Of a stretch of DNA of 64,000 bases, positions 53,606 to 63,352 are shown one piece after another. The translations under genes and the position numbers were made by a program. Source of the DNA: Ginglymostoma cirratum (Eukaryota); contig JAHRHZ010000041.1 in NCBI GenBank assembly GCA_024137785.1, forward strand, positions 25,055,009-25,119,008, read 5' to 3'. Below the pieces are notes generated by a model. It saw only the letters and a program-made list of their open reading frames with translations. It was not told the DNA's origin and did no database searches. Position 1 is the first letter of the stretch, and every line of letters starts with the position of its first letter.

Positions 53606-53792
53606 TTGCAATTTCACTGTTCAAACGCTTGTTAAATTTCCTCCTTTATTATTGGTCTTTATGCAGCAAAGGCTTTATTTTAAAGCTTTATTGTCTGTTC
53701 ATTCAAATTGTTTCCTGTCTCAGCCATGATTAGGGTAGACGGTTGGTGAACAATGGGTGTCAGTGAAATAAATAGATTGTTTTTTTCAGATA

Positions 53793-53885
53793 AATCAGCT
53801 TGTTTAGACATGTTATAACTCACCTCTGGAGCAGGTGGGACCTCAATCCAGGTCTCCTAGCTCAAGGATAGGGACACTACCACAA
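53793..53885 (-). mobile_element. Short tRNA-derived SINE
   Basis: Reverse complement GTGGTAGTGTCCCTATCCTTGAGCTAGGAGACCTGGATTGAGGTCCCACCTGCTCCAGAGG...AACAAGCTGAT. Confidence 0.7.
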
Positions 53886-54346
53886 TTGCCCGTAGACCGT
53901 GGGATGCTTTGTCCAAGGGGCTAGGGATGAGTACGGTGCATTTAGAATTAGTGGGCCAGGCATCTCGACTAACTTAGATTGCTGATGTGCCTGAATGAGT
54001 CCATGCTATCTGACTCTGACAGCTGGGTTTGCTGGCCATAGGGCCCCTATAAAAACATGCTCTTCCTCTTCCAACTCTGAATGTGTGGCGTGCTCTCCTT
54101 ACTTTCCTCCTCCCATTCACTCCACTCCTCTCTGCTACATTCAGTCGTACAAGACCAAACTGGTCTTTCCCATTCCGGACATAGGAGTATAAAACTGAAA
54201 GGCTCCCCAGGTCCGTTCAGGTGCCTGAATTGTTTTCCAAAGCTCACTCAGTGCTCATGTGGCTCCTCTTGCACCTTTCATGTGTATCAGTTATTGAACT
54301 CCTCACAGTGTAATCAAATACATTCTTAGAGGATAGCCCCAACCCC

Positions 54347-54460
54347 AAGACTCTTGTGGTGCAGGACAGAGTACCCTAACCTCTGAACCAGAAAATTAAG
54401 GTTCAAATCCCAGCTGTCCTGGAAGTATGTCATAACATACTTGAACAGGTTGATTAAAGT
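54347..54460 (+). mobile_element. Short tRNA-derived SINE inserted in the Harbinger transposase
   Basis: CTCTTGTGGTGCAGG...CCCTAACCTCTGAACCAG...GGTTCAAATCCC...GAACAGGTTGATTAAA, with an 8-bp hairpin at 54423-54442. Confidence 0.72.
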
Positions 54461-54929
54461 AACTGGCCCCTGATTCCAAAGAGGCATTTACTGACTCAAC
54501 ATGGAGTTACAGATGTCTGTGAGAATCTTGACTTGTACAGGATGAAGGTATCACAGCAACTGCCTGTGTATACACTCATCATTGTCATTCAGTGGTTACA
54601 CCCAGCCGAACATTAAACCTGCAGAGGCCCTTTCATTTGATGAATACTGGTTGTTTTGAGGGTGTTTTGACTGTCACATGTCTGTGGCTTCCTGTACCTG
54701 TAGGAATGTAGCTATAGCGGCAAATTGGAGTGACCTCTCATTGTGACTTGTTTCAGCGATAACAAATTGGTTGTAAGTGAGTGGCCACAATATGAGGCAC
54801 CTGAAAGAATCGCTTTTAGGTGGGAATCTGCCAACGGTACCAGCAGATCCCTGGAAAGAGCTGGAGCCAAAAAATCTCAGGGCTCTGGTGATCATGGACA
54901 AGCATTGGAAGTGTGTGCCCACCTGATAG

Positions 54930-55052
54930 ATAAAAGGGGAGCAAATGGGAACAGGGCACTGGATTGGATGATCAGCCATAATTTTATTGAATGGGAGAAG
55001 CAGGTTCAAAGCACCGAATGGCCAATTTTTGCTCCTTTTTTATCGTTTCTAT
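54930..55052 (+). mobile_element. CR1 3'UTR fragment inserted in the Harbinger transposase
   Basis: GGATGATCAGCCATAATTTTATTGAATGGGAGAAGCAGGTTCAAAGCACCGAATGGCC...GTTTCTATG. Confidence 0.75.
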
Positions 55053-55612
55053 GAAGCATTCTGCAGCAAGACCTGCCCAAAGAGTTTGCAAATGTCAGCA
55101 GTGGCCTCCGCTGAAAATCAGAGCCTCCTGACACATTTCTGCTCAGCCATGTCCAAAACGTTAACCTTCTGCCTGTGTGCCCTATGGCGTGGATATTGTC
55201 TCCTGCAACTCTATGGTCATCACCTCTGTCGGTGGACATAGAGAAGGTGGTGACAGAAAAGGCGGCTGTTGTTGTTGTTGCTGGTCCTTGCTGCTTTTCT
55301 TGGTCCTTATCAGAGAGCTGCATAAGCTGCTGAGAGGCTGAAGGCTAGGAAGTTCAGATCAAAGCACGGAAAGGCCAAGGTATAGCAGAAATGGCTTCTA
55401 AATTGTAAATCTCTTCCAAAGCAGCCAAAATGCCTTTTCTAAACAGAGCAGCTACATACATAAGTCTTTCTACTTTGCAAAGAAACATCTGTCAGACCTT
55501 GTTAAGAGTTTTCCAACCAGATAATCGCTCAATCCCATCAATCTGTCTGTACCCTTGCTTTATTCAAACTGATGTGTGTCAAACAGTTTGTATTGGCAGC
55601 GAAAGCCAGAAT

Positions 55613-55728
55613 CCTAGGCCCGAAACGTCAAGCTTTCCTGCTCTTATGATGCTGCTTGGCCTGCTGTGTTCATCCAGCTCTACACCTTGTTATCTCGGAT
55701 TCTCCAGCATCTGCAGTTCCTATTATCC
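55613..55728 (+). mobile_element. PLE family A pLTR 3' fragment, truncated inside hammerhead stem II
   Basis: CTAGGCCCGAAACGTCAAGCTTTCCTGCTCTTATGATGCTGCTTGGCCTGCTGTGTTCATCCAGC...CCAGCATCTGCAGTTCC. Confidence 0.85.
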
Positions 55729-56776
55729 ATTAAATATTCAGCCAATTGACTTGCAATATGTTGTTAAGCACAAGCCCACATGTCTCACTCTGCATGCTGT
55801 CAGAAACATATAAACCTAAGGCCCGGTTCATGGACTGTTGCAAGTTTCTTGAAATACTGGCCCTTTTTTCTTCTTTAATTTTACACGTGTGTCATAACTT
55901 GCTCATCTGGCAGCTTGAAATTCAAATCCAGGCTATCAAAGATGAAAAATAAAATACCGTACAGCCTTTGACTGTTTCTACTCAAGTGCCACCAGATACT
56001 GAATGGACTTGTCACATTTTCAGGTCATTTATTTCCAGCTGGATTAGGACACAGTTTCACTTGTACAAATTAGATCCATTTAACTATAGTCTTAGCTTCT
56101 GCTGTTGTTCCCTACACTGGAAGGACTTTGTGTGCATTCTCTGTAAATCCTTGACATAATCTGGAATAATGGAAGGATATTACCGATCAAATGTGCAATC
56201 AATTCCTTCCTGTCTCCACATTTGGAATACCAATACAGAAGTGATCTCACTAACTCTGTTTTCAATCCTTTACAGATGGATTTAGGTGAGTTTACCTGAG
56301 CCCACTCCAAAGCCTGAAATTAAAGATCTCCACAAGGAGTCCAGCAAACCTCTGTCATGAGGAGAGATTTTATTAACCATATTACTTTTGTGCAAAAGGT
56401 GGTAACATTTGGCGCGAGAAGTATATCTCATTGTTCAGGTTTGTGATTACTTTCCTGTTGATCTCAGCTTGCTGAGTCCCTCCAACAAATGAGTCATTAT
56501 AAATCCCATCAAACTGCTTTAATTTCAACCAGGCAACGTCCCATTTTTGGTCAGAGTTGTTACATTCCAATTCCTGTTTTAAAGAAACTCCACTCTAGAA
56601 CTGTCAACAATGAAAAGTGATAATGATGGGTCTACTTTCCTTAGCTCTGAGGTTTCCCTTGTTTGACAGACCAGGTTTGAAAGTATCAAGGCAGTATTAT
56701 ATTGATAACACTGTCAATGAGAGCTTCCATTACTTTGCTGCAAATTGAGAGTAGACAGATGAGGTAGTAATTGGCT

Positions 56777-57098
56777 GGGTCATTAGACTCAACATGTTAA
56801 TTCTGTTGGAAAAGCACAGCAGGTCTGGCAGCATCTGTGAAGAAAAAAAAAAAGAGTTAAAATTTCAGGTCCTGTGACCCTTCCTCAGAAGTTCTGAGGA
56901 AGAGTCACCGGACATGTTAACTCTGATTTTTTTCTCCACAAATGCTGCCAGACCTGCTGAGCTTTTCCAGCAACTTTGTTTTTGTTTCTGATTTACAGCA
57001 TCCGCAGTTCTTTCGGTTTTTATGTTAATTCTGGTCCTCTCTCTGCAGATGCTGCCAGATCTGTTGTGTTTCTCCGGATATTTATGTTTTTGGTTTGT
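56777..57098 (+). mobile_element. Older PLE pLTR fragment split by the fold-back at 56806-57021
   Basis: Removing the insert and one TSD copy gives GGGTCATTAGACTCAACATGTTAATTCTGGTCCTCTCTCTGCAGATGCTGCCAGATCTG, a continuous family B sequence. Confidence 0.7.
56806..57021. mobile_element. PLE family B fold-back with a perfect 12-bp TSD
   Basis: Centre TTCCTCAGAA-G-TTCTGAGGAA (56881-56901), with complementary arms. ATGTTAATTCTG occurs at 56794-56805 and 57022-57033. Confidence 0.88.
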
Positions 57099-58069
57099 AA
57101 TTGGTCGCGTTGAATTTCTCATGCTTTTTGTGTATAGGACATTTGTGGAGCTTCCTCCTCCTATCAGTTGTTTTGTTGTGAATGGACCTTACTGGCTGGA
57201 TGTGGCAGGACTGCTTAAATCTGATCCTTTGCTCAATGTGGGATCACTTGGCTCTGTTTATCATTTATATGGTTTAGCACACAGGTAGTCCTGTATTCAG
57301 AACTTGATGATTCTATGGAAGTAATTTATTCAAGTAAGATGTTTAAGTAAGACTTGAAGGATCTCGCAACAGGATTCAATATTTTCAAATAAACTTTTAA
57401 ATATCTTTCAAATGTACAGTTTGACAAAAATGTTGATAATATACAAAAAGCTCCACACACTAAATGTGAAGGAACCCAAATCAAGTATGAACAAATGAAC
57501 AGAAAATATGTTTTATGAAGATTTGTTCATTTTAGAGGTTTTCAGAAATACTGTCCATTTGGTGAGATTTTGTCAAATGTACAAGATAAAATTCCAGAGA
57601 ACTCATTCAAATTTTAAAACCTCTTTGCCACTTACACTGATTAATTTATGAACAATTTAAACCAACATACCAACCTGATTTGGGATCTAAAAGACCAGCT
57701 GTGTTTTTCTTTTATTAAACTGAAGTAGGAAAATTCAGCCATTGAAAAAGAAGTCAGTGGTCAGTTCAATAAACCGAACACATTGAATAAAGTTCCTTTG
57801 CCTTTATCTTTATAGCATCTAAGTTTGGAAAGCTAAATTGGAATTACAATCAAATAACAATATTAATAATAATTATATGTGCAATTTCTGTAGTACCTTG
57901 CAAATTATTGTGCGAAAGTGTTATATTATTTTTTGACATGCAGTCATTGTTAAAGAAAGAGCTTGCAGCTTTCACATCCTACCATAGCTGTTTAATCACT
58001 GCTGTAAAAACAGAGAGCGCAGCATCCAATTGTCATACAGCAAGGTCCAACCAAACAAAGGTAATGATA

Positions 58070-58268
58070 CAGTCACCATAGGCAGCTTGCACATTCAACA
58101 GACACAACTGGTTGTGGCTTTGACCTGAAGGTCACCACATCACAGGTGTGGGAAGAGGTTGGGAAGGAAAGTCCTTCATGGTAACCTCAGCCAGTGTAGG
58201 AATTGAACATAGGCTGTTAGCATCACTCTGCATCTCAAATCTGCTGTCCAGCCAACTGAGCTAACAAA
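58070..58268 (-). mobile_element. tRNA-derived SINE (same family as 2754-2976)
   Basis: Reverse complement GTTAGCTCAGTTGGCTGGACAGCAGATTTGAGATGCAGAGTGATGCTAACAGCCTATGTTCAATTCC. It appears to sit within a degenerate minus-strand Deu-SINE (about 57955-58420). Confidence 0.75.
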
Positions 58269-58584
58269 CAAACTCAAAATAAAAATATAATTGCCCAAGT
58301 GAGAAAGTTGAAACTATTTTAACACCATCAAATGACCAAAATGGAAACATTGTTTTTTTTTTCCCTGACACCAAAGCTGAACTTGGTATTTTTAGAAAAT
58401 CACTGGCCACCATTAAATGTCCAACATATGCAAATTTCCCCAGACCTGTGGCAATGGCCTAACACCATCTTCCACCGATGTAGCTCAACTCGAACTTTTA
58501 GCATATTGCATTAGAAAGAAATAAAGTGTTATGTTCAGCACTGCAATTCCAGGGGATCCAAAAATACAAAAAAAAAATCTCTAT

Positions 58585-59505
58585 GAGACCTTAAGACCAT
58601 AAGACATTGGAGCAGAAATTAGGCCATTCAGCCCATTGAGTCTGCTCCGCCATTCAGTCACGGCTGATAAGTTCCTCAACCCCACTCTCCTGCTTTCTCC
58701 ATGTAACCCTTGATCCCCTTGATAATCAACAACATATCTATCTATCTATCTTAAATGTACTCAATGACCTGGCTTCCACAGCCTTCTGTGGCAGTGAATT
58801 CCACAGATTCACCACTCTCTGGCTGAAGAAGTTTCTCCTTATCTCCATTCTGAAAGGTCTTCCCCTTACTTTCAGGCTGTGCCCTCGGGTCCTAGACTGT
58901 CCTGCCAATGGAAGCATCCTCCTAACATCCACTCCATCCAGGTCATTCAGTATTCTGAAAGTTTCAATTAGATCCCCCCATATCCATCCAAATTCCAATG
59001 AGTATAGACCCAGAGTCCTCAAACGTTCCTCATATGTTAAGCTTTCCACTCCTGGGACCATTCTTGTTAACCTCCTCTGAACCCGCTCCAGAGCCAGTAC
59101 ATCCCTCCTGAGATATGGGGCCCAAAACTGCACACAATACTCCAAAGGAGGCCTGACCAGAGCCTTATAAAGCCTTAGTAGTACATCCCTGCTTTTATAT
59201 TCAAGTCCTCTCAAAATAAATGCCAATATTGCGTTTGCCTTCCTGACTACTGACTCAACCTGCAAGTTTACCTTGAGAGAAACCTGGACTAGAACTCTCA
59301 AGTCTCCTTGCGCTTCAGAATTCTGAATTTTCTCCCCATTTAGAAAATAGTTCATGCTTTTGTTCTTCTTACCAAAGTGCATGACCTCACACTTTTCCAC
59401 GTTGTACTCCATCTGCCACTTCTTTGTCCACTCTCCTAACGTGTCCAAATCCTTCTGAAGCTTTGCTACCTCCTCAATACTACCTGTCCCTCCACCTATC
59501 TTTCT
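58585..59505 (-). mobile_element. Relatively young 5'-truncated CR1 LINE
   Basis: Uninterrupted 236-aa ORF 58738-59448 (WQMEYNVEKCEVMHFG...LYKALVRPPLEYCVQFWAPYLRRD...FFSQRVVNLWNSLP). The 3' tail is an 8-nt repeat (GACCTTAA GACCATAA GACAT on the plus strand). Confidence 0.95.
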
Positions 59506-59749
59506 ATCTATTCAGCGAAGACCTCCTATTATATTATCTGAAAACACATTACTAGTGCTGTTGCATGTAGCCTGTGTCCAGTGTAATGTTCTGTATGGCC
59601 AAATTTATTTCATTAGAATTAGAAATCTACTGAACAACAGGTTTGTCAGTCAAACCAAATAATCTATAATATATTAACTGTGTAATTCTCCCTTATAATA
59701 ATAGCATTTTGATTATTAAATACTTTGTGTAAACAATTCGGAAGTTAAT

Positions 59750-60075
59750 TCAAATTGACAAAATACAAGACAGGCAGGGAAAATGCAATTATTCTGTAAA
59801 CCTCAATAATTCTAATAATTAGCTTCAATTTGTTCCTCATTCGATGGCTTTCTGTGGGTTGCATATTTTGCTGACATGGATGCCAATTTTCTGATAATCT
59901 ACCATGAAAATGGGTTTTTTATTCAATCTGTTGGAAATCAGACTGATTGCCAATATCACATTTTCCATTTTTCTGCTCTCATGTTTCATGTGCTTCAATC
60001 AGTTTTTGTTTCTCATCACGCCAATTATTGAAATGGAACTCCCCAACAGCTCAAAGGGCTATTCATATGGTCTGG
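59750..60075. promoter_or_regulatory. Candidate conserved non-coding element
   Basis: Repeat-free. Octamer-like ATGCAATT, TAATAATTAG, NFI-like TGCCAA half-sites and TCF-like CTCAAAGG. Conservation not tested. Confidence 0.25.
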
Positions 60076-60134
60076 TAATGTGCTGATGGGCCAGGAAAGG
60101 TTAGAGGTTCAAGCCGCACTCCTGCTTGCATCGC

Positions 60135-60575
60135 TTGATATAGCAGATGTGCCTTTGACTCAATTAGCAGCACGTGCACAGAAGGCAAAAGATTGCAAGT
60201 TCAATCCATTACTCAAACATAATCCAGACTGTTTTTGCCCTGTACATGGCATTGTTGGAGGAATTATCTTTCAGTTGAGCTGTTAAACTGAGGCTATGTT
60301 CACCTGATCTACAGATGTAAAATTGACTATGACACTATGTGAAGAAGGTCAAATGTTTTGTCTTTGTTTACGGGCCAACATTCATTCTTCCAACTAAAAC
60401 AGATTCCCTCATATTAAATCTTTTGCTATCTGTCAGACCCTTGCTAAAAGTAAGTCTGCTGACCTTTAGGTCTGCATAGCAACATTGACTACATCTCAAC
60501 AGTATATTTGTTGGTTGTGAAAGATTTTGGGACATCCTGACAATGTGAAAGGTGCAGAATAAATGCAAGTTTGCT
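60135..60575 (+). mobile_element. Deu-domain SINE (SacSINE1/AmnSINE1-related), diverged
   Basis: ATCTTTCAGTTGAGCTGTTAAACTGAGGC...GATGTAAAA...ACACTATGTGAAGAAG...GGCCAACATT and tail TTGGTTGTGAAAGATTTTGGGACATCCTGACAATGTGAAAGGTGCAGAATAAATGCAAGT. Confidence 0.75.
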
Positions 60576-60659
60576 CTTTTTTTAATTGAGTTACTTCTTT
60601 CTTCCTAGGAAGAGAAAGTAAATCATGCTCTTAATTCCTGTACTGTAACTGAGAAGACT

Positions 60660-60830
60660 ACCTGTGGCACAATTGCCTGAGGACAAGATCAGACGCATGA
60701 TTGATGGCATCAACAATTTACTAATCTGCAAAAATGCAATGAGGCAGATTGACAGCAGGTTCTACCCTCAATCCATTTTTTTCTTCCAACTGGCCACTTT
60801 GCACTCCTGCCCAAGATTAATTTATAATCT
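60660..60830. promoter_or_regulatory. Candidate Pbx-Hox/Meis enhancer
   Basis: TGATTGATGG at 60698-60707 fits TGATNNATKR. AGATTGACAG at 60746-60755 contains the Meis site TGACAG. Confidence 0.45.
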
Positions 60831-61719
60831 ACTGCACATATTCACACGTGGAAAATAGTAACTGTGAACAATGTCCAAAGCATTGCCACACATCACATCA
60901 TACTTCAGACTGAATGGGGTAGACTGTCTATTTGTTGTGGAATAGGGTCACTTTCTAGAGACCATACATTTATAATTCCATTGAATTTCATTTGCCATCT
61001 CCAAAATGCCTTCACAAGAATAGTTCACAAGAACTTTAAAAAACATAAAAATGTATGAGTAGGATTATTCTTGCGGCTATCGGCACTTGAGGTAATCAAA
61101 TCAAGTGATAAAATTGATAATTTCTAACTGATGACAATCAACTTGAGCATCTTATCTGAAGCAGCTATGCCACATTTAAATTTCCACCAAGTTTTATTAT
61201 TTCCATCAAAAAGTGCTGAAGTTCCATTTCTGCCTTTGCAGTGGCTCCTAACTTTGATGTGAAGGTTTTGTGCCTGTAATGTAGTGCAAAAGGTCTAACA
61301 GAATCCTTGATTTTATGACACAGGGAATTAAGTCAGTTGGATCATTTGGCAAGTGCTGTTTTTCCACATTGTAATTTGTCTTGTAAAAGGTGTTTCCCAC
61401 TGTTTAGGATAGCACAGCATATTTCAGTCTAAATGCTTTCCAAAGTTCCATGATTTCCAAAATATCATGCTTTATGGGCACAGCCTTGCTTTTAAAGTAA
61501 ATCATTAGCTGAATTATTAGAGCTTTCTAACATTGGAGGGAAATATAGAAACAGTCACAAAGGGCTGTGTTCATGTAGCCCCTTGTGGCCTGTTAAGGCA
61601 CAACATTGAGAGGAAAATAAAGAGATGTCAATCATCTACAGTTGATTAGGAAGACGTAGAATTACTTCAGAGGAAAGAAAAAAAGAAACTACTGAAATTA
61701 TATCCCATAGAATTTAGAG

Positions 61720-62445
61720 CATGAACACCCCTTCCAGCTCAAAGAATCCATTCACATTCTAACCACTCTTTGGACGATAATTCTATAGGATTTCCTATTG
61801 GGTTGAATAGTTACTATGGTCACTAATTCTGGTTCTCCCTTCGCAAGGAGGCACCTTCTACCTTATCAAAACCATAAATATTCTTAAAGAGCTCTCTCAG
61901 TTCATCCGTTAATATTGAATTTTCTAAAATCTATTCTATGTTTCCTGATAAGTATAACCTATCTGTTGTGGCATCATTACATTGAATCTTTTACCTTCAC
62001 TAATCCTTTTTACAATATTGAGACCAGCTATATATGTGTGACTCTATCTCTCCCTGAATTCTTTTAATTTATACAGATGCAGTTCATTTACCAGGGTAAT
62101 GTTCTCTCAATGTTTGACTAATTTATTATGTCTCCCCAGCCAATTTTAACATCATTACAATTTTTAAAATCTTTTCTCTAATATCATACCGACGTTAGTT
62201 TCCTTGCTAAATACAGAAGCAAGATAATTTTTTTAAATTTCTGCCATTTTGCTGTCATTACTTATGAATTTATTGCATTTATACCTACTGGTCTTATCCA
62301 CATGCTGATGTTTCTTCTTTTACTAATGCGCTCGTAGAATCTTTCATTATTTATGTTAATATTCCTGAACAATTTTATCCTGCAATCATCTTTGTTTACC
62401 AAATTGCACCTGCAGACATTTGAATCCTGTATAGCATTTTCCATT
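61720..62445 (-). mobile_element. Very degenerate CR1 LINE fragments
   Basis: CATTCACATTCTAACCACTCTTTGG and TCTACCTTATCAAAACC...ATATTCTTAAAGAGCTCT resemble the reverse complement of the CR1 ORF2 end. Confidence 0.45.
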
Positions 62446-63204
62446 TATTGAGATGTCATTGGTGCAGTCACCAGCTCCTTACCTGAGCCACTAAAAGACA
62501 ACACACAAAACATTTCAGACACGTTGAGAGTATGAATCAGGAAAAGAATAGCACAATGCTTTATTGCAATCAACAGATGTGGAGGACATGGATTGAATCT
62601 TCTACTTCCCGATTACTGATCTAAGTTACAGAGCTGTGAGGACATACCTGTCTCCTATCCATGGCAGAGCTGAGAAAATTGATAGGACATTCTTCCTTGT
62701 GGCACTTTCACAAATCTACAGCTCAATATACAATGGCAGAAGCCAGACAGAGAGAGAGAGACAGAAAGGAAACATATGAAAGCAAATTAAGTTTCAAATT
62801 TTACATTCTAAGAAAAGTCACTACAAAAAAAATCAAAACATGAAGATATATGGCCGTACAATAGTAATGTTTAATTTTCAATGCCAGAGAACCTGATTGG
62901 GTGTAATTCTCAATTAAAAGGCTGGTTGAATACTAGCTATAAATTCTGTGGTGATTTTATTTCAACATATAATAACAACAATTTAATAGCATTCAATGGT
63001 GATTCAGACAACAAAATACTGACTCCAAAAAATGAATGAAAAAGTGACACAACTTGAACATAATGTTTTGATAGTTACCGTTAACCTGCTCATCACCTGA
63101 AGCTGTTCAGTCAATTACACATAAACAACAGCAAGTGCAATTGGCTTCGCTGTGATGTTGACTGCAAGATTTCGTCCAATTTTCTTATCACAAAGCTTCA
63201 ACAT

Positions 63205-63352
63205 TAAAATCATAAATCATAAAGTCTATAGCACTGAAAAAGGCTGTTCACCCCATCAAGTTGACATCAATCAAGAACAAGCACCTAATTATTCTAATCC
63301 AATTTTCCAACACTAGGTTCATAGCCTACTATGCCTTGACATCGCAAGTGCA
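63205..63352 (-). mobile_element. Older CR1 3'UTR into which the younger CR1 is inserted
   Basis: ATCATAAATCATAAAGTCTATAGCACTGAAAAAGGCTGTTCACCCCATCAAG...TCTAATCCAATTTTCCAACACTAGGTTCATAGCC. Similar to 13150-13290. Confidence 0.65.

Larger units (their letters stand above)
53970..55330 (-). pseudogene. Fossil Harbinger/PIF DDE transposase (HARBI1-like)
   Basis: Collinear motifs across frameshifts: RRQYPRHRAHRQKVNVLDMAEQKCVRRL*FS..ADICKL; GGHTLP..ITRALRFFGSSSFQGSAG; FAAIATFLQVQEATD (GAID-like); FI..KG...FNV.LGCNH; GSCCDTFIL; GYPLRMYLIT; RSHMST..FRHL. Confidence 0.85.

Noticed and set aside
53970-55330. Host HARBI1 gene
   Set aside because: Multiple stops, frameshifts and two retroelement insertions indicate a dead transposon copy, so no gene symbol is assigned.
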